DNA of 64,000 nt, from positions 2,020-66,019 of the forward strand of contig CABKMV010000007.1 of NCBI GenBank assembly GCA_902373635.1. Direction: 5' to 3'. How positions within the stretch are numbered: the stretch's first letter is position 1; each line of letters begins with the position of its first letter. Below are positions 63,801 to 64,000 of this stretch, one piece after another. The DNA comes from an uncultured Oscillospiraceae bacterium. Lineage in GTDB: Bacteria > Bacillota > Clostridia > Oscillospirales > Oscillospiraceae. The translations under genes and the position numbers were made by a program. Under the pieces are notes generated by a model that worked only from the letters and a program-made list of their open reading frames with translations, was not told the origin of the DNA and did no database searches.

Positions 63801-64000
63801 CGTCAGGTGGCGGCCCGGGTCCACAAAGGTCTGGAACCGCTCCCCGATCACCCCATTCCGGATGACCACGGCGCCGATCTCCGTGATGGCGTCCCGTTTC
63901 ACCTGGAGGCCGGTGGTCTCAATGTCAAAGGCTACATATTCATCTGTAAAGGAAAACTCCTTGTCTCCATGTACCACGATGCGGTCATCCAGGTTGTTGA
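60873..64000 (-). CDS. polC: DNA polymerase III PolC-type, C-terminal ~1040 aa (5' end outside the window)
   Basis: The ORF is open to the window edge. Exonuclease motif FDIETTGL, PHP and polymerase core (PGGLVVVP, GMLKLDMLGHDDP-like). Confidence 0.9.
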   Translation of the reverse strand, partial: NNLDDRIVVHGDKEFSFTDEYVAFDIETTGLQVKRDAITEIGAVVIRNGVIGERFQTFVDPGRHLTPEIIALTGITDAMLQGAPQPREALAAFLAFVGDRPLVAHNAEFDIGFIREGCRRAGLPFDPTYVDTLILAQNLLPELGKYKLDIVAEHLKLPAFQHHRASDDAATCGLFLPHFFKKLEEELDVHSLQAVNAAMPALRSKGHANRRPRHIILIAKNKVGLKNLYQLISLSNLKYFKRVPIIPKHELIAHREGLIIGSACEAGELFQAVVEHKDWAELRRIASFYDYLEIQPLCNNAFMLREGKVKDEEELRQFNRTIVQLGEELGKPVCATGDVHFMDPEDEIYRHILLDTKKFADCDAPLPIYFKTTDEMLQEFSYLGAEKAMEVVVTNTRAIADQVETFELLPKGKLFPPRLENSEEDLNRLVWDKVHELYGEDPPQLIVDRLNVELGGILGKYDVVYMSAQKLVQRSLENGYLVGSRGSVGSSLVAYMSGITEVNALPPHYRCPSCKHSEFITDGSYGCGADMPDKNCPICGTKYVKDGFDIPFETFLGFGGGKVPDIDLNFSGEYQARAHRHAIEMFGETQVFRAGTIGTVAEKTAYGYVKKYLEARGLNPGHAEENRLALGCVGVKRTTGQHPGGLVVVPDDLDVEDFCPVQHPADAADSDIITTHFEYHCMEDNLLKLDMLGHDDPSMVRMLEDLTGVNARQIPLDDPDTMSLFTTSRALGFENDEILGPTGAVAIPEFNTKFTRQMLIDTQPQDFNTLVRLSGFSHGTDVWLGNARELIVGGTASVTETVGCRDDIMLYLISMGLDPKMSFKIMEAVRKGKVKKGGFEPGWEEAMREHDVPDWYIQSLAKIGYLFPKAHAVAYVMMAFRIAWFKVHKPLAFYATFFSIRAKAFDAEYCCAGFDAVKRKLLEIWNNKDAAAVEQDLAVTLEVCYEFYLRGFRFEPINIYESEATRFVLKGDDALIPPFTAVRGLGETAALDTVEKRQGKEFISVEEFAACCNKLSKTHIDQLKNLGAFAGMADTSQITLF

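Noticed and set aside
1-64000. Mobile elements, CRISPR arrays, tRNA/rRNA genes, toxin-antitoxin pairs and known phage-defence gene sets.
   Set aside because: Reading both strands, I saw no spaced direct repeats, no GTTCGAATC-type tRNA T-arm context, and no transposase, integrase, Cas or nuclease-ATPase signatures among the ORF translations. This is an eye scan only; tRNAscan, CRISPR finders and HMM searches would be needed to be certain.

Overview
A 64-kb chromosomal segment that is visibly GC-rich, from a Firmicutes/Clostridia-type genome. This is inferred from PolC, SpoIIM, Gram-positive SD sequences and sigma-A-like promoters; assignment to a high-GC Oscillospiraceae-like lineage is only a guess. 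I support about 57 protein-coding genes, mostly housekeeping and metabolic.

Gene content, in order:
- DUF1015 and ispE.
- An alanine/glycine:cation symporter (AGCS).
- A nitroreductase-NUDIX fusion, then mini-RNase III and RqcH.
- DUF951, an S1-domain protein, RarA, a LURP-one-like protein and Nth.
- Three small low-complexity proteins.
- An ECF sigma factor with a polytopic partner.
- trpS, a WecA/TagO-like transferase and a UDP-GlcNAc 2-epimerase.
- gltX and spoIIM.
- A glycine-riboswitch-controlled glycine cleavage operon: gcvT fused to an SHMT-like domain, gcvH, gcvPA, gcvPB, lpd, lplA.
- A response regulator / ABC transporter / histidine kinase module.
- A PaaI thioesterase and a lipoprotein.
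- An aryl-pyruvate cluster: acyl-CoA ligase, SSF transporter, iorAB, paaK, ACT protein, aminotransferase.
- An AT-richer AraC + GlcG islet.
- cutC with a PNGase-like transglutaminase-fold protein, then a serine hydrolase.
- A second AGCS symporter behind a second glycine riboswitch, then asnB.
- A cydDC-like / ygbA / ybaN operon and the 3' part of polC.

By eye I found no tRNA, rRNA, CRISPR array, IS element, integrase or recognisable defence system.

The most unusual items are:
- The single-ORF GcvT-SHMT-like fusion.
- Two near-identical promoter/operator sequences 5.8 kb apart in the aryl-pyruvate cluster.
- Paired GTTAG-N6-CTAAC palindromes in the cydDC leader.
- A duplicated two-hairpin intergenic element of about 65 nt.
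- A long unassigned structured leader upstream of the first AGCS gene.
- Several strongly SD-preceded micro-ORFs coupled to neighbouring genes.

All homology calls come from motif recognition in the supplied translations. No searches or computations were run.
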